Below are positions 36,721 through 46,716 of a stretch of 64,000 nucleotides of DNA, one piece after another. A program made the position numbers and the translations under genes. The notes beneath the pieces are model-generated. The model saw only the letters and a list, made by a program, of their open reading frames with translations, searched no databases and was not told where the DNA came from. Source of the DNA: an uncultured delta proteobacterium (GTDB lineage: Bacteria; Desulfobacterota; Binatia; Binatales; Binataceae); contig CAWCMA010000013.1 in assembly GCA_963796565.1 (NCBI GenBank), forward strand, positions 80,493 through 144,492, written 5' to 3'. Numbering within the stretch: the first letter of the stretch is position 1; every line of letters begins with the position of its first letter.

Positions 36721-39135
36721 TTGGCCGCGATGAAGCGCGCGCTCAAAATAGTGCTGTTCGGCGCCTGCGCCATCCTGCTTTTCGCCTTGCCGCCGGCGAT
36801 CTACGAATTCCTGAGCTACTACCACGCGCTGCAGAACGAAGTCGTCACCCGCTTTTCCGGCAAGCGCTGGAATATCCCTTCGCGTATCTACTCGGATTCC
36901 TGCTTCGTCTATCCGGGCCAGAGCCTCGACGACCTCGGCTTCTTCCAACGCCTGGCGCGCCTGAACTACCATCGCGTCGCCCCGGGCCAGCTCTCTTCGC
37001 GCGGCGAGTATTCGCTGGATGAAAAGAAGCATCGGCTGACCGTTTTTCTGCACGGCTTCGCGTATCCATATTCCGATTTCCCGGGCGAGGCGGTCGAAAT
37101 GACCCTGGGGCCGCACAACACGGTGCTCGCGATGCGCAATCCGCTCGACGGTAAGGCGCTGTTCTCGGCGGAGCTCGAGCCGGAGCTGATCAGCGGAATT
37201 TTCCAGGGTAGTTGGCAGCAGCGCCGCCTGGTGCCGCTCAAGCAGATTCCGCAAGCCCTCATCTATGCGATCCTCGCCGCCGAGGACCATCGCTTCTACG
37301 AGCATCACGGCATCGACGTGGTCCGCACTGCCAAGGCCGCCTGGGTCGACTTCGTCGCGCATCGCGTGCGCCAGGGCGGCTCGACTCTGACCCAGCAGTT
37401 GATGAAAAACTTTTTCCTCACCAGCAAGCGCGATTGGCGGCGCAAGGTCAAAGAGGCGCTGATGGCCTACATCGCCGAGCGCCAGTACTCCAAAGACCAG
37501 ATCCTGGAGAACTACATCAACGACATCTATCTGGGGCAGCGCGGCCAGGAGGGAATCTACGGAGTCTGGGAAGCCTCCGAGTTCTACTTTTCCAAGGAGC
37601 CGCGCGATCTGACCATCGGCGAGATGGCGACGATCGCCGGGATGATAAGCTCACCCAACCGCCTCAATCCGCTGCACCATCCCGAGCTCGCCGAGCAGCG
37701 GCGCAACGAAGTGCTGGGCCTGATGCTCGCCGACGGCTACATCAGCAAAGCCGCCTACGACAGCGCCGCCACCGAGCCGTTGCATCCGCGCGAGGTCTTC
37801 ACCGAAAATAACGACGCGCCCTACTTCGTTGACTACGTCAAGCATGAGCTCGCCGAGCGCTATCCGCCCGAGGTGCTCGCCGGCGAGGGGCTGAGAATCT
37901 TCACCTCGCTCGACGTGCATGCCCAGAAGCTCGCCGAAAAGGCGGTGCGCGGCAACCTCGACGATCTCGAGGCGCGCCACGCCTCGTTGCGGCGCAAGGA
38001 AAAGAAAGATCAACTCGAAGAGGCGCTGATCGCGGTCGAGCCGCAGAGCGGCAAGATTCGCGTGATGGTGGGCGGTCGCGACTACCGCGAAAGCCAGTTC
38101 AACCGCATCACCCAGGCCAAGCGCCAGCCGGGCTCGGCCTTCAAGCCCATCACCTACCTGGCCGCGCTGCAGGAAACGCTCGAAGGCGGCCCCCTGCATT
38201 TCCTGCCGACCACTTATATCGACGACACCCAGTTCACCTGGACCTATGGCAACATGAGCTGGAGCCCCAAGAACTACAAGGACCGCTACTTCGGCCGCGT
38301 CACGCTCGAGTTCGCACTCGAGGAGTCGCTCAACTCGGCGACCTCGCGCCTGGCCAACCAGATCGGCCTTGACCGGGTGCGTGCGATGGCGGCGAAGATG
38401 GGCTTTGGCGATTTGCCCCCGTACCCGTCGATCGTTCTGGGCGGAATCGAGGTCACGCCGATGCAGATCGCACAAGCCTATTCCATCCTGGCCGACTACG
38501 GACTCGACGTGCAGTCTTACGCCGTCACAGCGGTGGTCGATCAGAGCGGCAAAGTGATCGAGGGCCATGAACTGCAGGCGCGCCAGGTGTTGACGCCGCA
38601 ACTCGCCTACATGATGGATTTCATGCTCGAACAGGTCATCAACCACGGCACCGGAGAGGGCGCGCGCAAACGCGGCTTCACCCGTCCCGCGGCGGGCAAG
38701 ACCGGCACCACCAACGACTCCAAGGACGCGTGGTTCGCGGGCTTCACGCCCAACCTGCTCGCCGTCGTGTGGACCGGATTCGATCAAAAGGAAGAACTCG
38801 GGCTGACCGGCGCGCAGGCCTCGCTGCCGGCCTGGACCGATTTCATGAAGGCTGCGACGGCCTCGCGGCCGCCGCTGGACTTCGCCCCACCGCCCGGTAT
38901 CGTAGTGGAGAAGGTTGACCCGCTGACCGGCTACCTGGCCGGGCCGAATTGTCCGGTGGTGCTGGAGGGTGCGTTTCCGACGGACCTTGCGCCGACGCAG
39001 ATATGCCCGTTCCACACTCCGGGCGGCACCACGCGCGCCGTGAACAATCCCGCCGCGCCCGGCGCGCCATCCGTAGCAGGTCACTGGCCACGAGTGCCGA
39101 GCGGCGATCCTAACGCGAGCGACCCCAACGACTGA
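36721..39135 (+). CDS. Bifunctional class A penicillin-binding protein (glycosyltransferase GT51 plus transpeptidase)
   Basis: GT51 motifs AAEDHRFYEHHGID and RQGGSTLTQQL. Transpeptidase motifs SAFKP (SxxK), ...SLNS..., and KTGTTND (KTG). Confidence 0.9.
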   Translation: MAAMKRALKIVLFGACAILLFALPPAIYEFLSYYHALQNEVVTRFSGKRWNIPSRIYSDSCFVYPGQSLDDLGFFQRLARLNYHRVAPGQLSSRGEYSLDEKKHRLTVFLHGFAYPYSDFPGEAVEMTLGPHNTVLAMRNPLDGKALFSAELEPELISGIFQGSWQQRRLVPLKQIPQALIYAILAAEDHRFYEHHGIDVVRTAKAAWVDFVAHRVRQGGSTLTQQLMKNFFLTSKRDWRRKVKEALMAYIAERQYSKDQILENYINDIYLGQRGQEGIYGVWEASEFYFSKEPRDLTIGEMATIAGMISSPNRLNPLHHPELAEQRRNEVLGLMLADGYISKAAYDSAATEPLHPREVFTENNDAPYFVDYVKHELAERYPPEVLAGEGLRIFTSLDVHAQKLAEKAVRGNLDDLEARHASLRRKEKKDQLEEALIAVEPQSGKIRVMVGGRDYRESQFNRITQAKRQPGSAFKPITYLAALQETLEGGPLHFLPTTYIDDTQFTWTYGNMSWSPKNYKDRYFGRVTLEFALEESLNSATSRLANQIGLDRVRAMAAKMGFGDLPPYPSIVLGGIEVTPMQIAQAYSILADYGLDVQSYAVTAVVDQSGKVIEGHELQARQVLTPQLAYMMDFMLEQVINHGTGEGARKRGFTRPAAGKTGTTNDSKDAWFAGFTPNLLAVVWTGFDQKEELGLTGAQASLPAWTDFMKAATASRPPLDFAPPPGIVVEKVDPLTGYLAGPNCPVVLEGAFPTDLAPTQICPFHTPGGTTRAVNNPAAPGAPSVAGHWPRVPSGDPNASDPND

Positions 39136-40379
39136 TGAGAATTGAAACCGAGCTCGCCGCGCGGCCAGCCATATCGAGACGCGCGGCGCCGATTGCACTG
39201 GCATGCGCGCTGCTAATGGCTGGCCTCGCCCGTCCTGCGTATGCGGCCGCCGCCGCCACGGCGGCGACTGCGGCGGCGTTGCCGCTTGCGCCCGCACCGC
39301 GCGAGGATGGCGCCAGAGCCTTCGGCTCTGGCGCCATCCTCGCGCTCGAAGAGCAGAGCCTGCCGCCGGAAAATCTGGCATCTCCGGCCGCGTCGCCCGC
39401 GCCGCCTTCGGGCTCGCCGAGCCCAGGCGCCGCGGGTGACAACAGCGGACCCGGCGCGCAAGCGCCGGCCGGACAGCCGACGGCACAAGCACCGACGCAA
39501 CAACCGGCGCAAGCGCAGAGCGCCGGCGGATGGTCGCGCGCGCCGGCCGAGACCGGCGGCGCGTCCGCATCCGGCGCACCTGAATCGGGCGCGGCGACGG
39601 GAGCGCCCGGCGAGCCGGCGCCCGAGGCTACGCCAACCGACGCGCCGGCGCCGTACGACGTCGGCTCCATCCAGCCGACTGCGCCGGTGAGCGACCAGCC
39701 GCTCACCGCGCTCATCGCCAGCACCAAGGACCAGCCCGCGCTCAACGCTTCGTTACGAGTCGCGGAACAGGGGCGCAGGTCGTTGCAAGCCTCCAAGCCT
39801 GACGACGCGATCCGCGATCTTGGGCGCGCAATTTCGATCGACCCGACCGATCCCTACGCCTACTTCTATCTCGGCCGCGCCTACATGATGAAAAAGGACT
39901 ACCAACAGGCGCTCGCGTTTTTCGGCCGCTCGGAGGTCGGATTGCGCACGGTGCCCGCATGGCTGGGCGAGGTCAAAAGTTTCGAGGGTGCGTGTCTCGA
40001 GGAGCAAGGCAAGTTTCCCGCGGCGGCCGAGGCCTACAAACAGGCGCTCGGCGCCGCGCCGGGCAACCTGATGGCGCGTACTGGATACGGCCGGCTGAGC
40101 GAGAGCCTCCCGGAGGCCAACGCGGACAATGCCGGCGCACCGAATGCGGACAACGCCGGCGCGCCGCCACCGCCGCTCGATGGTGCGGCGCTGCCTGCGC
40201 CTGACGTCAATTTGGCCGCGCCCGCCCCGGCTGAGGCGCCGCCGTCCGCCGCACCACCCGCTCAGTCTGATTCAGGTGCTGATTCGGGGGCTGATTCGGA
40301 CGCTGATCCGAATGCCGATTCGAGCTCCGATCCGGATGCCGCTTCAGGCAAAGACTCGGGCGCGCAGGACAATCGATAA
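39135..40379 (+). CDS. Secreted TPR-repeat protein with long Ala/Pro/Gly/Ser-rich low-complexity regions
   Basis: Signal-like N-terminus IALACALLMAGLARPAYAAAAA, and a TPR core RAISIDPTDPYAYFYLGRAYMMKKDYQQALAFF. The C-terminus has in-frame nucleotide repeats (NADNAGAP x2; SGADSGADSDADPNADSSSDPDA). Confidence 0.55.
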   Translation: MRIETELAARPAISRRAAPIALACALLMAGLARPAYAAAAATAATAAALPLAPAPREDGARAFGSGAILALEEQSLPPENLASPAASPAPPSGSPSPGAAGDNSGPGAQAPAGQPTAQAPTQQPAQAQSAGGWSRAPAETGGASASGAPESGAATGAPGEPAPEATPTDAPAPYDVGSIQPTAPVSDQPLTALIASTKDQPALNASLRVAEQGRRSLQASKPDDAIRDLGRAISIDPTDPYAYFYLGRAYMMKKDYQQALAFFGRSEVGLRTVPAWLGEVKSFEGACLEEQGKFPAAAEAYKQALGAAPGNLMARTGYGRLSESLPEANADNAGAPNADNAGAPPPPLDGAALPAPDVNLAAPAPAEAPPSAAPPAQSDSGADSGADSDADPNADSSSDPDAASGKDSGAQDNR

Positions 40380-40461
40380 CCCACCCAATAAGTCACCGCG
40401 CGAGCGTTGCGAAATGCTACTCCAATAGTGTTGGTTCAATGTTGACCCCAAACTTAATCCG

Positions 40462-41466
40462 ATGCTGATTCTGGGAATCGAATCCTCGTGCGACGATGCG
40501 GCCGCGGCGGTTATCGAAACCGTGCGCCCCGGCGTCGCTTCCATCCGCTCCAGCGTCATCGCCAACCAGGACGAGATCCATCGCCGTTACGGCGGCGTGG
40601 TGCCGGAACTGGCCTCGCGCAACCACGTCATCACCATCCTGCCCGTAATCGAACAGGCGCTGGAGGCCGCCGGATGCACGCTCGGCGATCTCGGCGGCAT
40701 CGCGGTGACCCGCGGCCCGGGACTGGTCGGCTCGTTGCTGGTCGGCCTGATGTGCGCCAAGGGGCTCGCGCAGAGCCTCGGCATCGCGATGGCCGGGGTG
40801 AATCACATTGAAGGACATCTGCTCGCGCCGTTGCTCGAGCATCGTCGGGCGATGCCGTTTCTCGCGCTGGTCGTGTCGGGAGGGCATACCGAGCTGTTCG
40901 TGGTCGAAGACTTCGGCCGCTATCGCCGCCTGGGCCGCACGCGCGACGACGCCGCCGGCGAGGCGTTCGACAAGGTGGCCAAGCTGATGGGCCTCGGCTA
41001 TCCGGGCGGCCGAATAATCGACGAGCTTGCGCGGCGCGGGAACCGCAAGGGGGTGCGTGTTCCGCGCGCCCACGTGCGCGGCGCGCCGCTCGATTTCAGT
41101 TTCAGCGGGGTGAAGACCGCGATCGCGACGCTGCTGCGCACGGAGGACGGCGCCGCGGTCTCGCGCGAAGACCTGGCCGCGAGCTTCCAGGAGGCCGTGG
41201 TCGATATGCTGGTCGGGCCGGCGATGCGCGCGGCGCGCGACACCGGCATGGAGGTGATCGCGCTGACCGGCGGCGTCGCCGCCAACTCGCGCCTGCGCGA
41301 GCGTCTCAGCGAGGCGGCTGCTGCCGAAGGCCGCGAGGTCATCGCGCCATCGCTCAAGTTCTGCACCGACAACGCGGCGATGATCGCGATGGCCGGAAGC
41401 TACCGGCTATTGCGCGGCGAGCGCGACTCGCTCGACATCGACGCCGAGGCTGCGCTGACCCTGTAA
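40462..41466 (+). CDS. tsaD: tRNA N6-adenosine threonylcarbamoyltransferase
   Basis: MLILGIESSCDDAAAAVIE... and ...HIEGHLLAP.. are the Kae1/TsaD signatures. Confidence 0.9.
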   Translation: MLILGIESSCDDAAAAVIETVRPGVASIRSSVIANQDEIHRRYGGVVPELASRNHVITILPVIEQALEAAGCTLGDLGGIAVTRGPGLVGSLLVGLMCAKGLAQSLGIAMAGVNHIEGHLLAPLLEHRRAMPFLALVVSGGHTELFVVEDFGRYRRLGRTRDDAAGEAFDKVAKLMGLGYPGGRIIDELARRGNRKGVRVPRAHVRGAPLDFSFSGVKTAIATLLRTEDGAAVSREDLAASFQEAVVDMLVGPAMRAARDTGMEVIALTGGVAANSRLRERLSEAAAAEGREVIAPSLKFCTDNAAMIAMAGSYRLLRGERDSLDIDAEAALTL

Positions 41467-41502
41467 GCGCAACCAAACCATGGGAACACCGCGAGTGATG
41501 CA

Positions 41503-42426
41503 ATGATACACGCCGGGCGCGGCGCGGCTGGACGAGTCAAAACCATACGCACGTCGCCATTTGCGGTCGCCGCCGAGCTCGAGGCCGCCGGCGTGCGTCC
41601 GCGCAAATCGCGCGGCCAGAATTTCCTGATACAACCCGCCATCGCCGATCGAATAGTCGCCGCGGCCGCAATCGCACCCGGCGACGAGGTGGTCGAGATC
41701 GGCCCCGGACTGGGCATCCTGAGCGACAAGATTCTGCGCGCCGGAGTGCGACGGCTATGGCTGGTCGAGCTCGACGCGCGGCTTGCGGAGCGGCTTCAGA
41801 GCGCGTTTGCGGGACATCCGGCCGTGCGCGTGGTCTGCCGCGACTTCCTCGAGGTCGAGCTCGCGAAACTGGTCGAACGACCGCCGGTCAAGGTGATCGG
41901 CAATTTGCCGTTCAACGCGGCCGCCGCAATTCTGCGCCGGCTCGACGAGATGCGCGGCGCGATCGGGCGGATGGTCCTGATGTTCCAGCGCGAGGTCGCC
42001 GAGCGCATCCGCGCGCGCGCGGGCGAACGCGCGTACTCGGCGCTGAGCGTTTTCACCGCGCTCTACTGGGAGACGCGCGAGCATTTCCGCGTCGCCGCCG
42101 GCAATTTCCGTCCCGCGCCACGCGTCGACGCCGAGGTTATCGTGTTTACGCCGCACGCGCGGGCGCCGTATGCGCCCGCCGGCGAGACCGCGATGCTCGG
42201 TGCAATCCGCGCCGCATTTTCGGCCCCGCGCAAGACCATCCGCAACGCGCTCGCCGGCGCGCTCGGCGCCGCGCCCGAAGCCGTCGTCGCCGCGCTTGCC
42301 CGCGCCGGCATCGACCACGGCGCGCGGCCCGCTACGCTTTCGGTCGCCGACTTCGTCCGCCTGGCCGAAGCGCTCGAACTCGCGGGCGCAATCTCGCCCG
42401 CGACGGCGGAGCCCCGCGATGCCTGA
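41503..42426 (+). CDS. rsmA: 16S rRNA (adenine1518/1519-N6)-dimethyltransferase
   Basis: KSRGQNFLIQPAIADRIV and VVEIGPGLGILS match the KsgA pattern. Confidence 0.85.
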   Translation: MIHAGRGAAGRVKTIRTSPFAVAAELEAAGVRPRKSRGQNFLIQPAIADRIVAAAAIAPGDEVVEIGPGLGILSDKILRAGVRRLWLVELDARLAERLQSAFAGHPAVRVVCRDFLEVELAKLVERPPVKVIGNLPFNAAAAILRRLDEMRGAIGRMVLMFQREVAERIRARAGERAYSALSVFTALYWETREHFRVAAGNFRPAPRVDAEVIVFTPHARAPYAPAGETAMLGAIRAAFSAPRKTIRNALAGALGAAPEAVVAALARAGIDHGARPATLSVADFVRLAEALELAGAISPATAEPRDA

Positions 42427-43252
42427 GTTGCCTGAGGTCGAATCGCTTAGGCGAATCCTTGCGCGCTCGGCAGTCGGCCGCACGATCGAGCGCGCGCGCG
42501 TCACGGAGCCGCGGCTGCGGCGCACGGTGGCGCAAGATTTTGCGGCCGGCGTCGAAGGCCGTCGCATCCTGCGCCTCGGACGCCGCGCCAAGTACCTCAT
42601 CATCGAGCTTAGTGATGGCGCCGCGATGATCGTGCATCTGGGAATGAGCGGCAGCCTGACTCATCGCGGCAAGGATTTCGATGACGCCGAATTCACCGCG
42701 CGCCACGACCACGTCGAGTTCGCGCTCGACGACCTCACCCGCCTGGTCTACAACGATCCGCGCCGCTTCGGACTCATCCGGCTGGTCTCGCGCGAGGAAC
42801 TGGCCGCGGCGCCCGAGCTTGCGGGGCTCGGCCCCGAGCCGCTCAGCGCCGCCTTCAATGCGGAGTACCTGGCGCGGCTCGCGCGCGGGCGGCGCGCCGC
42901 GATCAAGAACTTCATCATGGATCAGCGGATAGTCGCCGGAATCGGCAACATCTACGCCTCCGAGATCCTGTTCCGGGCGGGAGTACGGCCGACGCGCCGC
43001 GCCGCCAAAGTCACGCGCAAGGAGGTCGAGCGCATCGTGGCCGCGACCGCGCCGATTCTGCGCGCGGCGATCGGCAGCCGCGGCACCACTTTTCGCAGCT
43101 ATCGCGACTCCGAGGGACAGCCGGGACGATTCGCAGAGCGCCTGATGGTCTATGGGCGCGAGGGCGAGCCGTGCCGCGTGTGCAAAAGTGCCATCCGCAA
43201 CGTGACGGTCGGCCAGCGCGCGAGCTTTTTTTGCCCGCACTGCCAGCGCTGA
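42419..43252 (+). CDS. mutM: Formamidopyrimidine-DNA glycosylase
   Basis: The internal ATG at 42419 gives MPELPEVESLRR (the Fpg N-terminal PELPEVE). The C-terminal zinc finger reads CRVCKSAIRNVTVGQRASFFCPHCQR. It overlaps the rsmA end by 8 nt. Confidence 0.9.
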   Translation: MPELPEVESLRRILARSAVGRTIERARVTEPRLRRTVAQDFAAGVEGRRILRLGRRAKYLIIELSDGAAMIVHLGMSGSLTHRGKDFDDAEFTARHDHVEFALDDLTRLVYNDPRRFGLIRLVSREELAAAPELAGLGPEPLSAAFNAEYLARLARGRRAAIKNFIMDQRIVAGIGNIYASEILFRAGVRPTRRAAKVTRKEVERIVAATAPILRAAIGSRGTTFRSYRDSEGQPGRFAERLMVYGREGEPCRVCKSAIRNVTVGQRASFFCPHCQR

Positions 43253-43264
43253 ATCGCAAGGCGG

Positions 43265-43882
43265 CTAGACGGCGTCGGTTCGGCTCGTGCGCAGGTAAAA
43301 CGCGATCGCGTCTTCGAGCCGGTCGTTACCCCAGAACAGTTCCTTGCCGACGATCATCGTCGGGGCGCCGAAGATGCCGTGGACCACGGCCCATTGATTC
43401 TGCTCACGCAGGCGCTCCTTGTTCTCCGGCGACTCTGCGCGCTGGAGCACCTCGCGCGGCGGCTGACCGACCGTGGCGAGAATCTCCGCGATCGTTTCCA
43501 TCCGCGAAATCTCGCGGTCCTCGGCAAAGTTGGCGCGAAAGACGGCGCGCACAAAGCGCGGACACCATGGCTCCTCGGCCGCCATGCAGGCGACGCGCGC
43601 CGCGAGCAGGCCGCTGCGTGGGAACTTGCCCGGACGGCGGAACGGAATTTCGTACTTCTCGCACAGCCGCTCCATGTCGCGCCACATGTAGCGGCCCTTC
43701 AACGGATAGATGTTGAATGGCGAATCGCCCCATCCCTGCGACACGAAGATCGGACCGAGCAGAAACGGACGCCATCGCAGCCGCACGCCAGCGGCCGCCG
43801 CAAGCTTCTCTATGCGTGAAGCGGCCAGGTACGAGTAGGTGCTGGCGAACTCAAACCAGAATTCCAGCGGTTCCTGTTCCAT
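43265..43882 (-). CDS. 2-hydroxychromene-2-carboxylate isomerase / DsbA-like thioredoxin-fold protein
   Basis: LEFWFEFASTYSYLA matches the HCCA isomerase family N-terminus. Confidence 0.7.
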   Translation of the reverse strand: MEQEPLEFWFEFASTYSYLAASRIEKLAAAAGVRLRWRPFLLGPIFVSQGWGDSPFNIYPLKGRYMWRDMERLCEKYEIPFRRPGKFPRSGLLAARVACMAAEEPWCPRFVRAVFRANFAEDREISRMETIAEILATVGQPPREVLQRAESPENKERLREQNQWAVVHGIFGAPTMIVGKELFWGNDRLEDAIAFYLRTSRTDAV

Positions 43883-44053
43883 GTTTTATACGTGCCCGCG
43901 CAGTTTGGCCGAACCATAGCGAATCGGCGCTGCGATGGGAACGTGCGAGAGGCGAACCTATACGGCGGCGGCTGGCGGCGGGCGCGAGGGAGCCGTAAAG
44001 TAAGTGGCGCGGGTTGGGTAAGAACAGGCTGGAGAAGAAGCGGCGGCGGGACG

Positions 44054-44980
44054 ATGGAGCAGGTTCCTGCGATTTTCGGTGACGTGATCGCACTCGCTCT
44101 GGGAGCGTGCGTCGGCAGTTTCGCGGTGACGGTCGCATACCGGTTGCCGCGCGACATTTCGATCGCGACGCCGCGCTCGTTTTGCGAAAGCTGCGAACGC
44201 CCGATCCCCTGGTGGGCCAACGTTCCGATCTTCGCCTATCTGGCCTCGCGCGGGCGTTGCCTGATATGCGGAGCGCCGATTCGCGCGCGGCATCTCGGCG
44301 GCGAACTCGCGCTCGCGCTGGGCGCGCTCTACCTGTACGCGAATTTTCCGCTGGGCAGCGCGATCGCACGCTTCATCTTCATCACCCTGCTGCTCATCTC
44401 CTCGCTGGTCGACTACGACTGGCGTCTCATCCCCAACCTGGTCACGTTTCCCGGCATCCCGGCCGGCTTTGTGTGCGCCGCTCTGTTGATGCCCGAGGTC
44501 GGATGGCAGGAGTCGTTCATCGGGATAGCCGTCGGTGGCGGAAGCCTGCTCGTGACCGGCTACCTTTACCAGCTGGTGCGCGGGCAGGAGGGTGTCGGCC
44601 TGGGCGACGTGTTTCTGCTCGCGATGGTGGGTGCGTTCATCGGATGGCCGGGGGTGATGTTCACGCTCTTTTTCGGCGCGCTGCTCGGATCGTTGGGCGG
44701 ACTCGCGGTCGGCCTTTTCGGAACTCCCACTAAAGCGCCCGAATTGCCATCGAGCGCGCGTGGGGCAGCCGCGCAAGCCGATGCGACAGCGGCGATTTCG
44801 CAAGCCGACGCGGCCGCGGCGATCTCGATCGATCCGCAAGGGCCCGACAGCGCGGCGGCGGAAGGCGAGGAGCACACGCTGCTCACCACCGCGGTGCCGT
44901 TCGGACCCTTCCTGTCGCTGGCAGCGGGCTTTTACGCGCTCTTTCAGCCGCAGCTCACAAGCTGGTATCTATCCCGCTGA
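44054..44980 (+). CDS. pilD: Prepilin (type IV leader) peptidase, A24 family
   Basis: The internal ATG at 44054 gives MEQVPAIFGDVIAL.... The zinc-tetracysteine CESCERP...CLICGAP and the polytopic A24 core are present. An in-frame Ala/Gln/Asp-rich insertion contains a ~27-nt direct repeat. Confidence 0.85.
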   Translation: MEQVPAIFGDVIALALGACVGSFAVTVAYRLPRDISIATPRSFCESCERPIPWWANVPIFAYLASRGRCLICGAPIRARHLGGELALALGALYLYANFPLGSAIARFIFITLLLISSLVDYDWRLIPNLVTFPGIPAGFVCAALLMPEVGWQESFIGIAVGGGSLLVTGYLYQLVRGQEGVGLGDVFLLAMVGAFIGWPGVMFTLFFGALLGSLGGLAVGLFGTPTKAPELPSSARGAAAQADATAAISQADAAAAISIDPQGPDSAAAEGEEHTLLTTAVPFGPFLSLAAGFYALFQPQLTSWYLSR

Positions 44981-45618
44981 TGGCGGCCGGCATCTTCATC
45001 ACGCTCGAAGGCGTCGAGGGCTCGGGCAAGACCACCCAGGCGGCGATTCTGGCCGACGAGCTGCGCCGTCGCGGGCGGCGCGTGATGCTCACGCGCGAGC
45101 CCGGAGGTACGCGCGCGGGCGAGGCGATCCGCGCGATCTTCCTCGATCCGGCGGTTTCGCTGGGGGTCGCCTCCGAGCTGCTGCTGGTACTGGCCGACCG
45201 CGCGCAGCACGTGCGCGAAAAGCTTCGCCCCGCATTGGAAGCCGGTGAGATCGTAATCTCCGATCGCTACTCCGACTCGACCACCGCTTACCAGGGCCAC
45301 GGCCGCGGCTTCGACCTGAAGCTCGTCGACGAGCTCAACCGTCTCGCCAGCGACGGTATTCGGCCCGCGCTGACGATCGTGCTCGACTGTCCGGTCGAGA
45401 TCGGATTGGTGCGCACGCGCGCGCGCGCACGCAGCGACGTGCGCGGCGCTGACCGCTTCGAGGGCGAGCAGGTGGAGTTTCATCGCCGGGTCCGCGAGGG
45501 CTTTATGAGCATCGCGCGCGCCGAGCCCAACCGCGTCACGGTAATCGACTCGACGCGCGAACTCGCCGCGGTAAGTACCGACATCCTGACGGCGGTCGAA
45601 CGGCTGGTGGGCCGCTGA
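44980..45618 (+). CDS. tmk: Thymidylate kinase
   Basis: FITLEGVEGSGKTTQ P-loop, and ...REPGGT... It forms an ATGA overlap with the pilD stop. Confidence 0.9.
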   Translation: MAAGIFITLEGVEGSGKTTQAAILADELRRRGRRVMLTREPGGTRAGEAIRAIFLDPAVSLGVASELLLVLADRAQHVREKLRPALEAGEIVISDRYSDSTTAYQGHGRGFDLKLVDELNRLASDGIRPALTIVLDCPVEIGLVRTRARARSDVRGADRFEGEQVEFHRRVREGFMSIARAEPNRVTVIDSTRELAAVSTDILTAVERLVGR

Positions 45619-46703
45619 TGCCGCTTGACGGGGTGCGCGGCAATCGCGAAACCATCGCGCGGCTCAACGCGGAGCTGCTCTCGCGTCCCTCTCACGCCTA
45701 CCTGCTGGCGGGTCCGCGCGGGGTGGGTAAGGCGCTGGTCGCACGCGGCTTCGCTCACGCGCTTTTGTGCGAGCGCGCACCGGGACCCGGCTTCTGTTGC
45801 CGGGTAGAGAATTGCCCGGTGCGCGAGGCCGGAAAAACGGCACGGCGCGGACGCGGCGCCGAGCGCACCGGCACCTCCGCCGCGCGATGCGAGTGTTGCG
45901 CGTCGTGCGTGCAGATCGCCGCGGGCGTGCATCCGGACTTCACCGCGGTCGCGCGCGCCGAAGCCCGTAGCGAAGTGCTGATCGAGCAGGTGCGCGAGCT
46001 TATCGCGCGCCTGGGTACGCGGCCGAGCCGCGGCGCGCGGCGGGTCGCGATCATCGACGACGCCGAGACGCTCGGCATCCCGGCCCAAAACGCCCTGCTC
46101 AAGACGCTCGAGGAGCCGCCGGGCCATACGATCATCTTCATGGTGGCCGAGAGCGAGCGCGCGCTGCTCGACACCGTGCGCTCGCGCCTGCGGCTGGTGC
46201 GCTTCGCGCCGCTGGAGGTGGGCGACATCGAAGCGATCGTCGGCGCGCGCGCCGGCCTTGACGCCGAACGCTCCGCGGCGCTGGCGCGTCTGGCGCGCGG
46301 CAGCGCCGGCCGTGCGCTTAGACTCGCCGACGGCGCCGAGCCGCCGATCCGCGACCTCTTGAGCGCGCTTGGCGGGGCGCGGCGCCTGGACTTCGCCCAA
46401 GCCCAGGCGCTGGCTCAGGAATTCTTCGCCAGCCGCGAGCAGGCGGCCGAGAACTTCGAGTTGATCGCGCGAGTGCTTGAGGAAATACTGTGTCTCAAGC
46501 TGCTGCGGATGCCGCCGGCCGCGGCTGCTCCTGAAGTCGCCGAGACGATGAACAAGATGGCTGAGGGTTTCGCGCTCGACGCGCTGCTGGTGAGCCTCAA
46601 GGGCGCGGTTGAGGCGGGCGCCGCGATCGACGCGATGGCGAATCCGCGCCTGCAGGCCGAGCAGTGGTGGATGACGGTGGGCGGCGCGCTAAGGAGCCAA
46701 TAG
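45618..46703 (+). CDS. holB: DNA polymerase III delta-prime subunit
   Basis: HAYLLAGPRGVGK, ...IIDDAETLGIPAQNALLKTLEEPP..., and a Cys-rich zinc module insertion. Confidence 0.8.
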   Translation: MPLDGVRGNRETIARLNAELLSRPSHAYLLAGPRGVGKALVARGFAHALLCERAPGPGFCCRVENCPVREAGKTARRGRGAERTGTSAARCECCASCVQIAAGVHPDFTAVARAEARSEVLIEQVRELIARLGTRPSRGARRVAIIDDAETLGIPAQNALLKTLEEPPGHTIIFMVAESERALLDTVRSRLRLVRFAPLEVGDIEAIVGARAGLDAERSAALARLARGSAGRALRLADGAEPPIRDLLSALGGARRLDFAQAQALAQEFFASREQAAENFELIARVLEEILCLKLLRMPPAAAAPEVAETMNKMAEGFALDALLVSLKGAVEAGAAIDAMANPRLQAEQWWMTVGGALRSQ

Positions 46704-46716
46704 TGGGGGGCAAATA

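Noticed and set aside
42170-42418. 5' extension of the listed mutM ORF
   Set aside because: It overlaps the rsmA coding region in another frame. Fpg must start with the Pro2 catalytic residue right after Met (MPELPEVE at 42419).
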